34,077 nucleotides of DNA, taken from the IMG/VR virus record IMGVR_UViG_2547132421_000005; one strand, 5' to 3'. Position 1 is the first letter of the stretch. Every line of letters starts with the position of its first letter. A program made the position numbers and the translations under genes. The stretch is from a virus (lineage: Duplodnaviria; Heunggongvirae; Uroviricota; Caudoviricetes). Positions 17,011 to 25,413 of this stretch are shown in pieces. The notes below the pieces were generated by a model, which was not told the origin of the DNA, made no database searches, and saw nothing but the letters and a program-made list of their open reading frames with translations.

Positions 17011-17970
17011 ATGATAAAAAAACCTGTGATTGGAATCAGCGGTTGTTTGGCCGGTTCTGCTGTTCGTTTTGATGGTGGTCACAAAAGAGCTGACTTTTTA
17101 ATGGACAAATTAGTGGAATGGGTAACATTCAGACCAGTATGTCCGGAAATGGCTATAGGGCTGCCAGTTCCGCGTCCTGCTCTACGTCTTGTGCGCTCGA
17201 TGCAAGGAAATATACGGATGTGTTTCAGCCACGACCAGAATGAGGATGTGACAGAGAGAATGACAGAGTTTAGTCGTTCTTATATGGACAAATTAAAGGA
17301 TGTATCGGGGTTTGTGGTTTGTGCTAAATCTCCCAGCTGTGGCATGGAGCGCGTGCGTGTCTATGATGAAAATGGTAATCGAGGTCGTAAAGATGGAGTG
17401 GGACTATTTACGAGCACTTTGATGGAAAAGTTTTCCTGGCTACCGGTTGAAGAGGATGGGCGATTACATGATCCAGTGCTTCGTGAGAATTTTGTTGAAA
17501 GAGTTTTTGCTTTGCATGAGCTCAATCACCTTTACAAGGAGAAATTATCAAGAAGAGAGTTATTAGCTTTTCATAGTCGTTATAAGCTTCAGTTGTTGGC
17601 GCATAGTCAGGCAGGCTATAAAGATATGGGACCATTTGTGGCTGCAATACACGAGTGGGCGGACCTTGAATCATACTTTGAGGTGTATCGTGATAAGCTG
17701 ATGGCGATTCTCAGAAAACCTGCATCACGTAAAAATCACACGAATGTGCTGATGCATATACAGGGGTATTTTAGTAACTACTTAAGTACACGCCAGCGTA
17801 AAGAGTTGAGCGAGGTTATACTTAACTATCGTTCTGGCACATTACCTCTTCTTGCGCCGTTGACTCTGCTGAAGCATTATCTGGGTGAGTATCCTAATGA
17901 TTACTTGCTTACACAGAATTACTTCGATCCCTATCCGGACGAACTGGCTCTAAGACTGATGGTAAATTAA
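17011..17970 (+). CDS. DUF523-DUF1722 fusion protein (TudS/RudS-like thiouracil/4-thiouridine desulfidase family), 319 aa
   Basis: Track ORF; N-terminal Cys-rich DUF523-like region (GISGCLAG...CPE...SPSCG) and YbgA-like C-terminal half; family assignment from memory. Confidence 0.7.
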   Translation: MIKKPVIGISGCLAGSAVRFDGGHKRADFLMDKLVEWVTFRPVCPEMAIGLPVPRPALRLVRSMQGNIRMCFSHDQNEDVTERMTEFSRSYMDKLKDVSGFVVCAKSPSCGMERVRVYDENGNRGRKDGVGLFTSTLMEKFSWLPVEEDGRLHDPVLRENFVERVFALHELNHLYKEKLSRRELLAFHSRYKLQLLAHSQAGYKDMGPFVAAIHEWADLESYFEVYRDKLMAILRKPASRKNHTNVLMHIQGYFSNYLSTRQRKELSEVILNYRSGTLPLLAPLTLLKHYLGEYPNDYLLTQNYFDPYPDELALRLMVN

Positions 17971-18312
17971 TTGTATGCGATATCATCCAAAAGGATGAGT
18001 TCCTGCATGCAGGATATTTACAATCGTAAAAACTACACTATGATACCCAGAGTGTCAGTTTGTATAAAAACTCTGTTTACGCTGAAGAAACAATTGAGAT
18101 GCAACTTAAAGTTGGTAAACATGCCAGTCAAAATATATAATATTATGATTCCACGCAGCTATATATAATATAACAGATTGGTTTAATAATTTGTCTTTGT
18201 GAGTTAAATACATAATTTTATACTTGTGATGCAATGAAATTTTCCTTATTGTTGAACTGGCGAATATTGATTTTCCACCTATACTTACCTGGTGTAACCC
18301 CAATGATATCAG

Positions 18313-19053
18313 GTGGATAATATGCCATACATATGTTCTATCATTTTGGTGTTGAACTCGTTTGATGTCCGAATCGGTAAAGAAGATATTTTGTTTAAAA
18401 AAGGAAGTGCTGTTCTCATTGATTACAATTTAAAAGATTTTTTTTCATCAAATATAGATCATGTAATGATCGTAGATGTTGAAGAGAAAACAGTTAATGA
18501 TTTCTTTAAAAGCAACACACTCTCACCTTTTTCTGTAAGAAGGTTTTATCCGGCATACTTGATGGTGGAATGTGAAGATTTTTCATTGTTAAAGAACTTG
18601 ATTGCATGCTTGAATTGTGATGGCAGAACTGTGGATTTTGTTAGAAATCAAATATCACTTGCATGTCTTGCTATCTTATCTTCAGAGAAAATAGTGCAAA
18701 GTTTTTTATTTGGATGTCTTAATAGTTTAGGAAGTAAAGTTAAGGCTATTATTCACACGGATATATCTGCAGCATGGAGACTTTGTGATATATCTTCAAG
18801 ACTGTATCTGAGTGAAAGTCTGTTAAAAAGAAAATTAAAGCACGAAGGCTTATCATTTAGTAAGTTAATTCTTGAAGAGCGAATGGTGATGGCGGAAAGG
18901 TTATTAAGCTACAATTTATATTCTGTTGGAAAAGTTGCTGAGATATGCGGTTATGAAAACACGTCATATTTTGTAAGTGTTTTCAGAAGGTATTTTGGTG
19001 TTCCTCCCCATCAATATTCATCAAGATTTTTTTTAGAAAAAGACATGATGTAA
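18313..19053 (+). CDS. AraC-family transcriptional regulator (AppY/EnvY-like), 246 aa
   Basis: Track ORF; C-terminal AraC HTH (LSESLLKRKLKHEGLSFSKLILEERMVMAERLL...VGKVAEICGYENTSYFVSVFRRYFGVPPHQY); strongly AT-rich. Confidence 0.8.
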   Translation: MDNMPYICSIILVLNSFDVRIGKEDILFKKGSAVLIDYNLKDFFSSNIDHVMIVDVEEKTVNDFFKSNTLSPFSVRRFYPAYLMVECEDFSLLKNLIACLNCDGRTVDFVRNQISLACLAILSSEKIVQSFLFGCLNSLGSKVKAIIHTDISAAWRLCDISSRLYLSESLLKRKLKHEGLSFSKLILEERMVMAERLLSYNLYSVGKVAEICGYENTSYFVSVFRRYFGVPPHQYSSRFFLEKDMM

Positions 19054-19114
19054 CGTGATGCGTTTTAATGATTTTGTAATTTTCGTATTTGATAATTGTA
19101 TGATGCTTTCAGCT

Positions 19115-19146
19115 ACGCCAGAATAATCGCGGCGTTTTTCTTTTTG
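19115..19146 (+). terminator. Candidate terminator after the AraC-family gene
   Basis: acgcc-agaataatcgc-ggcgt hairpin (5-bp stem) followed by ttttctttttg; weak stem. Confidence 0.3.
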
Positions 19147-19240
19147 AATAGATGTTCAAGCCTTACGCTAATGTAACTTCTATACCTTTCCTCTTCGTTC
19201 CGAACCGTGTACACCATCCGTTATTTGCGGAGGTGAGGCT

Positions 19241-19296
19241 ATGAAATCCATGGATAAGTTAACAACGGGTGTCGCCTATGGCACCTCAGCAGGTAG
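19241..19296 (+). pseudogene. 5' fragment (18 codons) of a class II holin S (S21/EssD-like), truncated by IS3
   Basis: GGAGGTGAGG RBS, then MKSMDKLTTGVAYGTSAG with the dual-start MKSM motif, directly followed by the IS3 left inverted repeat at 19297. Hand-read. Confidence 0.6.
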
Positions 19297-19361
19297 TGAT
19301 CTTACCCAGCAATAGTGGACACGCGGCTAAGTGAGTAAACTCTCAGTCAGAGGTGACTCAC

Positions 19362-19661
19362 ATGACAAAAACAGTATCAACCAGTAAAAAACCCCGTAAA
19401 CAGCATTCGCCTGAATTTCGCAGTGAAGCCCTGAAGCTTGCTGAACGCATCGGTGTTACTGCCGCAGCCCGTGAACTCAGCCTGTATGAATCACAGCTCT
19501 ACAACTGGCGCAGTAAACAGCAAAATCAGCAGACGTCTTCTGAACGTGAACTGGAGATGTCTACCGAGATTGCACGTCTCAAACGCCAGCTGGCAGAACG
19601 GGATGAAGAGCTGGCTATCCTCCAAAAGGCCGCGACATACTTCGCGAAGCGCCTGAAATGA
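19362..19661 (+). CDS. insE: IS3 transposase OrfA (InsE), 99 aa
   Basis: Track ORF 19353..19661; [54 protein letters not shown]. Confidence 0.9.
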   Translation: MTKTVSTSKKPRKQHSPEFRSEALKLAERIGVTAAARELSLYESQLYNWRSKQQNQQTSSERELEMSTEIARLKRQLAERDEELAILQKAATYFAKRLK

Positions 19662-20524
19662 AGTATGTCTTTATTGAAAAACATCAGGCTGAGTTCAGCA
19701 TCAAAGCAATGTGCCGCGTGCTCCGGGTGGCCCGCAGCGGCTGGTATACGTGGTGTCAGCGGCGGACAAGGATAAGCACGCGTCAGCAGTTCCGCCAACA
19801 CTGCGACAGCGTTGTCCTCGCGGCTTTTACCCGGTCAAAACAGCGTTACGGTGCCCCACGCCTGACGGATGAACTGCGTGCTCAGGGTTACCCCTTTAAC
19901 GTAAAAACCGTGGCGGCAAGCCTGCGCCGTCAGGGACTGAGGGCAAAGGCCTCCCGGAAGTTCAGCCCGGTCAGCTACCGCGCACACGGCCTGCCTGTGT
20001 CAGAAAATCTGTTGGAGCAGGATTTTTACGCCAGTGGCCCGAACCAGAAGTGGGCAGGAGACATCACGTACTTACGTACAGATGAAGGCTGGCTGTATCT
20101 GGCAGTGGTCATTGACCTGTGGTCACGTGCCGTTATTGGCTGGTCAATGTCGCCACGCATGACGGCGCAACTGGCCTGCGATGCCCTGCAGATGGCGCTG
20201 TGGCGGCGTAAGAGGCCCCGGAACGTTATCGTTCACACGGACCGTGGAGGCCAGTACTGTTCAGCAGATTATCAGGCGCAACTGAAGCGGCATAATCTGC
20301 GTGGAAGTATGAGCGCAAAAGGTTGCTGCTACGATAATGCCTGCGTGGAAAGCTTCTTTCATTCGCTGAAAGTGGAATGTATCCATGGAGAACACTTTAT
20401 CAGCCGGGAAATAATGCGGGCAACGGTATTTAATTATATCGAATGTGATTACAATCGGTGGCGGCGGCACAGTTGGTGTGGCGGCCTCAGTCCGGAACAA
20501 TTTGAAAACCAGAACCTCGCTTAG
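19658..20524 (+). CDS. insF: IS3 transposase OrfB (InsF; normally made as an OrfAB frameshift fusion), 288 aa
   Basis: Track ORF; DDE integrase-core region ([31 protein letters not shown]...HTDRGGQY...). Confidence 0.9.
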   Translation: MKYVFIEKHQAEFSIKAMCRVLRVARSGWYTWCQRRTRISTRQQFRQHCDSVVLAAFTRSKQRYGAPRLTDELRAQGYPFNVKTVAASLRRQGLRAKASRKFSPVSYRAHGLPVSENLLEQDFYASGPNQKWAGDITYLRTDEGWLYLAVVIDLWSRAVIGWSMSPRMTAQLACDALQMALWRRKRPRNVIVHTDRGGQYCSADYQAQLKRHNLRGSMSAKGCCYDNACVESFFHSLKVECIHGEHFISREIMRATVFNYIECDYNRWRRHSWCGGLSPEQFENQNLA

Positions 20525-20554
20525 GCCTGTGTCCATATTACGTGGGTAGGATCA

Positions 20555-20683
20555 AATGCAGCCTCCCCCCGACTGGCAGACACCGCTGAACGGGATTATT
20601 TCACCCTCCGGGAACGACTGGTAATGATGCAGGCCCAACTTGAAGGTGCTCAGCAATACATAACCGAGCAGTGTTTAAAGTAA
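20555..20683 (+). pseudogene. 3' remnant of the spanin genes Rz/Rz1 (5' part, endolysin and most of holin absent)
   Basis: Immediately after IS3: one frame gives MQPPPDWQTPLNGIISPSGNDW-stop (Rz1-like C-terminus), another gives ...RERLVMMQAQLEGAQQYITEQCLK-stop (Rz-like C-terminus). Hand-read. Confidence 0.6.
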
Positions 20684-20820
20684 AATCTTAACTACAATAT
20701 GATTCATTTTGATGATTGTTTCATAAGGAACAGTGAAGTAAGATCTAAGAGGAGTTAAATTTTATACAGTATAATCATAATATTGCAGCAAGGTGGTTAT
20801 AATTGAAAGAATATTTAGAT

Positions 20821-22278
20821 ATGAATACATCTCATGTAAGAGTTGTTACTCATATGTGTGGGTTCCTGGTTTGGCTCTATAGTCTTTCAATGTTGCCACC
20901 AATGGTTGTAGCATTGTTTTATAAAGAAAAAAGCCTGTTCGTTTTCTTTATAACTTTCGTTATATTTTTTTGCATTGGTGGCGGAGCGTGGTATACAACT
21001 AAGAAATCTGGCATTCAATTACGTACCCGTGATGGGTTTATTATAATTGTAATGTTTTGGATTTTGTTTTCTGTTATTAGTGCATTCCCTTTATGGATTG
21101 ACTCAGAACTTAATTTAACGTTCATTGATGCTCTGTTTGAAGGGGTTTCTGGAATAACAACAACAGGAGCAACTGTAATTGATGATGTTAGTTCATTACC
21201 TCGGGCATATTTGTACTATCGGTCACAGTTAAATTTTATAGGTGGTTTAGGAGTTATTGTTCTGGCGGTTGCTGTATTGCCATTATTGGGTATTGGTGGT
21301 ACAAAGCTTTATCAGTCAGAAATGCCGGGGCCATTTAAGGATGACAAACTCACTCCCCGCCTGGCCGATACGTCACGGACACTGTGGATAACTTATTCTT
21401 TATTAGGTATTGCTTGTATTGTCTGTTATAGACTTGCAGGAATGCCTTTGTTTGATGCTATTTGTCACGGGATTTCCACAGTTTCGCTTGGTGGTTTCTC
21501 AACTCATAGCGAGAGTATCGGATATTTTAATAACTATTTGGTTGAGCTGGTGGCTGGTTCTTTTTCCCTGCTATCGGCTTTCAACTTCACTCTTTGGTAT
21601 ATTGTTATTAGCAGGAAAACGATAAAACCTTTAATCAGAGATATTGAACTTCGTTTCTTTCTGTTAATAGCCTTAGGGGTGATCATTGTTACCTCTTTCC
21701 AGGTCTGGCATATAGGTATGTATGACTTGCATGGAAGTTTTATTCATTCGTTTTTTCTTGCCAGCTCCATGCTCACTGATAATGGTTTAGCTACGCAGGA
21801 TTATGCAAACTGGCCCACGCACACGATAGTGTTTTTGCTGTCGTCAAGTTTCTTTGGGGGATGTATAGGTTCAACTTGTGGTGGAATTAAGTCACTTCGA
21901 TTTCTTATACTTTTCAAACAAAGCAAACACGAGATAAATCAGCTTTCTCATCCCAGAGCGTTGTTGAGTGTAAATGTAGGAGGGAAGATAGTTACAGATC
22001 GTGTAATGAGGTCTGTATGGAGTTTCTTTTTTCTTTATACTCTCTTCACGGTGTTTTTTATACTGGTGTTAAATGGTATGGGATATGATTTTCTTACATC
22101 ATTTGCAACAGTGGCTGCATGTATTAATAATATGGGATTAGGTTTTGGGGCTACTGCATCGTCATTCGGAGTGCTTAATGACATTGCAAAATATTTAATG
22201 TGCATAGCTATGATTCTTGGTCGCCTTGAAATTTATCCTGTTATTATATTGTTTTCAGGTTTTTTTTGGCGCTCCTAA
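20821..22278 (+). CDS. trkG: TrkG/TrkH-family K+ uptake membrane protein, 485 aa
   Basis: Internal ATG of track ORF 20803..22278 (MNTSHVRVVTHMCGFLVWLYSLSMLPPMVVALFYK...), recognised as the Rac-prophage trkG type; polytopic membrane protein; AT-rich. Confidence 0.9.
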   Translation: MNTSHVRVVTHMCGFLVWLYSLSMLPPMVVALFYKEKSLFVFFITFVIFFCIGGGAWYTTKKSGIQLRTRDGFIIIVMFWILFSVISAFPLWIDSELNLTFIDALFEGVSGITTTGATVIDDVSSLPRAYLYYRSQLNFIGGLGVIVLAVAVLPLLGIGGTKLYQSEMPGPFKDDKLTPRLADTSRTLWITYSLLGIACIVCYRLAGMPLFDAICHGISTVSLGGFSTHSESIGYFNNYLVELVAGSFSLLSAFNFTLWYIVISRKTIKPLIRDIELRFFLLIALGVIIVTSFQVWHIGMYDLHGSFIHSFFLASSMLTDNGLATQDYANWPTHTIVFLLSSSFFGGCIGSTCGGIKSLRFLILFKQSKHEINQLSHPRALLSVNVGGKIVTDRVMRSVWSFFFLYTLFTVFFILVLNGMGYDFLTSFATVAACINNMGLGFGATASSFGVLNDIAKYLMCIAMILGRLEIYPVIILFSGFFWRS

Positions 22279-22415
22279 TATATGGCTGATTTATAATTGT
22301 GAGTTTAATATTATATTGACTCACTCATTGATCCAATACCTAACTTTACCAGCAACACCTCCGCCCCCAGTAGCACTGGCTGCTGGGGTGCGTTTTATTC
22401 ATAAAGCAAGGCTGT

Positions 22416-23204
22416 ATGAGCGAGAAATTAAAGATAGTCTATCGCCCATTACAAGAATTGTCACCGTATGCGCACAACGCCAGGACGCACAGTACTGAGC
22501 AGGTGGCACAACTGGTAGAAAGTATTAAGCAATTCGGCTGGACTAATCCGGTGCTGATTGACGAAAAGGGCGAAATTATTGCGGGTCACGGTCGTGTTAT
22601 GGCGTCTGAAATGCTCAAAATGGATTCTGTTCCGGTCATTGTTCTGTCTGGCCTGACGGATGAGCAGAAAAAGGCGTACCGCCTGGCAGATAATCGCCTA
22701 CCGATGAATGCTGGCTGGGATGAAGATCTGTTGCGGATGGAGCTGTCGGACCTAATCAATGCTGATTTTGATGTCTCCCTGACAGGCTTCGGCCCGACAG
22801 AAATTGATGAACTGTTGACGGATGTTTTGCCCGGTACAGGAAATAAGGAGGAGCCGTATACGACGAAAATTGATACGCCTGTTTATGAGCCGTCGGGCGG
22901 TAAACCGGATATCAGTGAACTGTACGACGATACGAAAACTCAGGAGCTGATCAGCCGGATACGTTCGGCGTCCCTTGAGCCTGATATTGAGAAATTCCTC
23001 CTGTGTGCGGCAGAACGTCACACGGTGTTTAATTTCAGCAGAATTGCGGACTATTACGCTCATGCCCCCGCTGAAATTCAGTGCCTTTTCGAGGAGTCGG
23101 CGCTGGTGATCATTGATTATCAGCAGGCTATTGAAAATGGATTTGTCCGAATGACGCAGCGCATGGTGGCGATCATGCATAGCGGGGAGGAGGAATATGC
23201 GTGA
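22416..23204 (+). CDS. ParB-like nuclease (ParB N-terminal/sulfiredoxin-fold) domain protein, 262 aa
   Basis: Track ORF; NPVLIDEKGEIIAGHGRVMA contains the ParB-N GxGR-type motif. Confidence 0.7.
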   Translation: MSEKLKIVYRPLQELSPYAHNARTHSTEQVAQLVESIKQFGWTNPVLIDEKGEIIAGHGRVMASEMLKMDSVPVIVLSGLTDEQKKAYRLADNRLPMNAGWDEDLLRMELSDLINADFDVSLTGFGPTEIDELLTDVLPGTGNKEEPYTTKIDTPVYEPSGGKPDISELYDDTKTQELISRIRSASLEPDIEKFLLCAAERHTVFNFSRIADYYAHAPAEIQCLFEESALVIIDYQQAIENGFVRMTQRMVAIMHSGEEEYA

Positions 23205-24060
23205 TGATTTTTGCGCCTTTATTCTGACTCACGGGCGACCGGACAAAGTTCTGACTTACCGGACGTTGCGTCGTGCTGGCTATACCGGGAAAATTTTTAT
23301 CGTTGTTGATGATGAAGATAAGACACGGCATCAGTACATGGCTGAATTTGGTGAACAGGTGCTGGTATTTTCCAAAGCAGATATTGCCAGTCGTTTTGAC
23401 GAAGCCGATAATTTTGGTGACCGCCGCTCAATTTTTTACGCCCGTAATGCCTGTTTCGACCTGGCAAAACTGGTCGGGTGTAAATACTTCATTCAGCTCG
23501 ATGATGATTATCACGAGTTCCAGTTTCGGGTGGATCGCAACTATGACCAGGCCTATTTCCCGATAAGGAAACTGGATGCGATCCTTTCTGAAATGCTGGC
23601 GTATTACGAATCAATACCCGCGCTTTCCATCGCTATGTCGCAGGGCGGGGATTTTCTTGGTGACAATGGCGGCCATGCTTCGTGGGTGAAACGCAAGGCA
23701 ATGAACAGCTTTATCTGTTCGGTTGATCGACCGTTCTCATTCATGGGGCGCATTAACGAGGATGTGAATACGTACACGAATCTCGGTCGCCGTGGTGAAT
23801 TGTTTATGACGATCGGTGCTGTCCAGTTAGGGCAGAAACAGACGCAGAAAAACAGCGGCGGAATGACCGAGCTGTATCTGGATTCCGGGACCTACGTTAA
23901 AAGTTTTTATTCCGTCATTTATGCGCCGTCGTGCGTAAAAATCTCACTGATGGGCGCCAGCCATAAACGCATTCACCATCAGGTCACCTGGAACAACGCT
24001 GCAGTAAAAATCCTTCACGAAAAATACAGGAAGAAGACACCCTGCATATTAATGGGGTGA
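23197..24060 (+). CDS. Hypothetical protein, possibly a GT-A-fold nucleotide-sugar transferase, 287 aa
   Basis: Track ORF; N-terminal FILTHGRPDKVLTYRTL...IFIVVDDEDK and later IQLDDDYHEF resemble the GT-A signature with a DxD motif. Tentative. Confidence 0.45.
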   Translation: MRDDFCAFILTHGRPDKVLTYRTLRRAGYTGKIFIVVDDEDKTRHQYMAEFGEQVLVFSKADIASRFDEADNFGDRRSIFYARNACFDLAKLVGCKYFIQLDDDYHEFQFRVDRNYDQAYFPIRKLDAILSEMLAYYESIPALSIAMSQGGDFLGDNGGHASWVKRKAMNSFICSVDRPFSFMGRINEDVNTYTNLGRRGELFMTIGAVQLGQKQTQKNSGGMTELYLDSGTYVKSFYSVIYAPSCVKISLMGASHKRIHHQVTWNNAAVKILHEKYRKKTPCILMG

Positions 24061-24063
24061 CAA

Positions 24064-24315
24064 ATGATTCCGTATTCGAAAGTCGAGTCTCTGGCAGCGT
24101 GCCGGATGACTGCACAACAAATCGCTGACGTACTGGATGTTGATCTGAACCGACTGAAAGAAAATCGGGAAGCAATGACAAATTTTTACGCGTCCATCCG
24201 TAAGGGCAGAGCGAAAGGTGAAGCCGAGCTACGGGCGGCATTGTTTAAGCTTGCCAGAAAAGGGGATGCCTTTGCCCTGCGCGAACTACTCAGGGTGGAT
24301 AAAAATCAGGACTAA
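24064..24315 (+). CDS. Hypothetical small protein upstream of the terminase, 83 aa
   Basis: Track ORF; helix-rich, basic; tightly coupled to the following gene. Confidence 0.45.
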   Translation: MIPYSKVESLAACRMTAQQIADVLDVDLNRLKENREAMTNFYASIRKGRAKGEAELRAALFKLARKGDAFALRELLRVDKNQD

Positions 24316-24318
24316 CTG

Positions 24319-25413
24319 ATGAGCAGACCGGACTGGGGGGCGTTGCAGCAGGAGTATATTGCTGAATACACCCGCTCCGGTATATCTCCGGTGGCATGGT
24401 GTGAAGCAAGGGGACTGAATTACGCAACAGCCCGTCGTTACATCAAAAAACCTCCGAAAAATGCGCAGACAGAAATGCGCAAAACTGCGCAAAAAAGTGC
24501 GCAGAAAAAATCTGCGCAGACTGCACAAAAGCGGAACGGAAAATCTCAGGAAAAAAAGCCAGTATCCGATGCGTACCTGAATGAGGGCGATGCGGAAGAA
24601 ATTTCGTTCTGTCCCGATGAATTCGGCGTTTCTGACCAGCAGGCGAAATTCGCAATGCTGGTTGCCCAGGGGAAAAAACTCGTTGAGGCATATCGCCTGG
24701 CAGGATACGAGTCAGAGGGGAATGCGGCCTACGTAACCGCCAGCCAGCTCCTAAGAAATCCTAAGGTTTTTCGTGCTATCAGCTACTTCCGCAATCAGTA
24801 CCAGAAACGCTATACCGCAGACCTGGATTTACTGGTGAGTCAGTTGATGGCCATTGTCCAAGCCGACCCCAATCAGTTGGCACAATTTCGCCGTGTTAAC
24901 TGCCGTTATTGCTGGGGCGAGAATCATCACTACCAGTGGCGCGATATAGCAGAATTCGATAAGGCAGCGGCGCAGGCCTCCAGAGATGGCAAACCCGAGC
25001 CGGAATATGGTGGCCTTGGCTTTGTTGATAACGCCATACCCAATCCGGACTGCCCGAAGTGCTGCGGTGAGGGAACGGGGCAGCTTTATATGGCTGATAC
25101 CACTCTGCTTGATGGGGATGCGCGGCAATTATATGCAGGGGCAAAGCTCGGAAAATTTGGTGTTGAGATCCTGCTGGAGGATAAGGCTGCCGCCCGGCGT
25201 GAATTGTTGCGTTTGCTTGCTGCTGGCGGGGCTTTATGTGCAGATAAGCGGCTACAGGAACTGGAAATTGAACGGCGCAGAATGGAAAACCAGAAGCTGC
25301 GCAAAGAGATCGAAACGGTGGAGGATAATGAACATCCCCAACCTGTTGCGATCAATATTAATGTGGTTGATGCCAGAGTAAGGAGTGATGAAGATGATCT
25401 CTCCGACGCTTAA
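24319..25413 (+). CDS. Terminase small subunit (candidate), 364 aa
   Basis: Track ORF; N-terminal HTH-like region (ARGLNYATARRYIKK) typical of TerS; immediately upstream of the terminase large subunit. Confidence 0.6.
   Translation: MSRPDWGALQQEYIAEYTRSGISPVAWCEARGLNYATARRYIKKPPKNAQTEMRKTAQKSAQKKSAQTAQKRNGKSQEKKPVSDAYLNEGDAEEISFCPDEFGVSDQQAKFAMLVAQGKKLVEAYRLAGYESEGNAAYVTASQLLRNPKVFRAISYFRNQYQKRYTADLDLLVSQLMAIVQADPNQLAQFRRVNCRYCWGENHHYQWRDIAEFDKAAAQASRDGKPEPEYGGLGFVDNAIPNPDCPKCCGEGTGQLYMADTTLLDGDARQLYAGAKLGKFGVEILLEDKAAARRELLRLLAAGGALCADKRLQELEIERRRMENQKLRKEIETVEDNEHPQPVAININVVDARVRSDEDDLSDA
24461..24531 (+). repeat. Five to six tandemly spaced TGCGCA(G/A)A units inside the 5' part of the terS gene
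   Basis: atgcgcagac...atgcgcaaaa...tgcgcaaaaaa...tgcgcagaaaaaa...tgcgcagact...tgcacaaaag seen directly; encodes the low-complexity stretch TEMRKTAQKSAQKKSAQTAQK. Confidence 0.6.

Larger units (their letters stand above)
19297..20554 (+). mobile_element. IS3, complete 1258 bp, with inverted repeats
   Basis: Left end tgatcttacccagcaatagtggacacgcggctaagtgag and right end ctcgcttaggcctgtgtccatattacgtgggtaggatca recognised as the IS3 terminal repeats; orfA/orfB inside; flanks tag and aat, so no 3-bp target duplication. Confidence 0.95.

Noticed and set aside
22217-22498. 93-aa TTG-start ORF bridging the end of trkG and the start of the ParB-like gene
   Set aside because: It overlaps two better-supported genes in other frames and has a proline-rich low-complexity translation.
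24829-25355. Minus-strand ORFs (24829..25128, 24896..25144, 25086..25355) inside the terminase small-subunit gene
   Set aside because: Antisense to a gene in a uniformly plus-strand structural operon; serine/arginine-rich translations typical of spurious frames.
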